Source: Polyangiaceae bacterium
Lineage (GTDB): Bacteria; Myxococcota_A; Polyangia; Polyangiales; Polyangiaceae
Assembly (NCBI GenBank): GCA_044376115.1
Contig: JBILLK010000021.1
Location: 119,780-183,779, forward strand
DNA: 64,000 nucleotides
Direction of reading: 5' to 3'
The notes under the pieces were generated by a model, which searched no databases, was not told the origin of the DNA, and was given only the letters and a program-made list of their open reading frames with translations. The position numbers and the translations under genes were made by a program. Positions 63,405 through 64,000 of this stretch are shown here, in pieces; position 1 is the stretch's first letter, and every line of letters begins with the position of its first letter.

Positions 63405-63707
63405 ACACCGGCGCCCACAGGGCTCCTTGGGCGCTTTGGTCTTCTCAGGCAACGACGGCGCTACGGGGCGGGCTTCGAACGCCTCCTTGAGGTCCTCGCC
63501 GACGTTGGGCGGAGCCTCGGGCTTCTTGTCGCTCGGCCCGCCCGCGGGCTTGCGCTGCTTGCGCTGCGCGACTGCGAGAAGCTCCGCGACGCGGTCGTTG
63601 AGCTTCTCGACCTCCGCGACGAGCTGCCTGTTGGTCGCGAGGATCGCCGCGATCTGCACGCGCTGCTCCGCGTTCTCTCGTTGCAGCGCGGCGAGGTCGA
63701 GGAGCAC
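63405..63707 (-). pseudogene. tnpC: truncated IS66 TnpC (N-terminal coiled coil only)
   Basis: Follows tnpB; heptad-like LQRENAEQ..LVAEVEKLNDRVAEL, then linker to PCGRR; no Zn finger or DDE domain follows. Confidence 0.55.
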
Positions 63708-63747
63708 GCGTTGACGGGATCACGTCTTGTGCCCGCGTGTCGATCCC

Positions 63748-64000
63748 CTACCGCTTCGCGAGGCCTCGAAACCAGCCCTTGCGCGAGGCGGTGAAGTCGA
63801 TGCCGGCCAGGAGCGAGGCGAAGGTCGCGCCGTCGATTTGCACCCTGTTCTCCGCGGTTTCGAGCGGAGGGAGCTGGAAGCTGCCGGCCTCGAGGCGCTT
63901 GGCCAGTACGCACCAGCCGGAGCCGTCGAACCAGAGGGCCTTGGCGATCCGTCGTCGCTTGTTGAGGAAGAGGTAGAGGTGTCCATCGACGGGATCGAGG
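63748..64000 (-). mobile_element. tnpB: IS66-family accessory gene tnpB (5'-partial, runs off the window)
   Basis: Hand translation DGHLYLFLNKRRRIAKALWFDGSGWCVLAKRLEAGSF...LLAGID, stop TAG at 63748-50. Confidence 0.9.

Overview
GC-rich, gene-dense window, most likely from a myxobacterium (two MYXO-CTERM-type sorting tails, many Ser/Gly/Thr-linker lipoproteins, a kinase-ATPase-TPR fusion; Polyangiales-like by inference). Two loci stand out. (1) A complete retron at about 10.5-16.8 kb: a WGR/ARM-repeat gene, a translationally coupled wHTH-SWIM zinc-finger gene, a 290-bp intergenic region that folds into a canonical msr-msd RNA (a1/a2 arms, unpaired branch G at 14643, long msd hairpin), and a retron RT (NAxxH, YADD, VTG). 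This matches the poorly characterised type XIII (Mx162/Mx65-clade) layout. The effectors carry unusual add-ons: an HU-arm-like hairpin on the WGR domain and tandem RHH-like repeats after SWIM. Three closely spaced co-directional genes flank the core. (2) A compact NRPS/PKS operon at 26.6-42.5 kb: formyltransferase-A(Gly, with inserted luciferase-like monooxygenase)-PCP, then KS-AT-KR[DH inserted]-ACP-C-A(Gly)-PCP with no TE, then two atypical alpha/beta hydrolases and a lectin-like lipoprotein. The rest is kup, hutH, a trhO-like gene, an MFS transporter, LysR and TetR units with visible operator dyads, many hypothetical lipoproteins, and a truncated IS66 at the right edge. No rRNA, tRNA or CRISPR array was seen. 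All family assignments come from motif recognition by eye; no database search was run.
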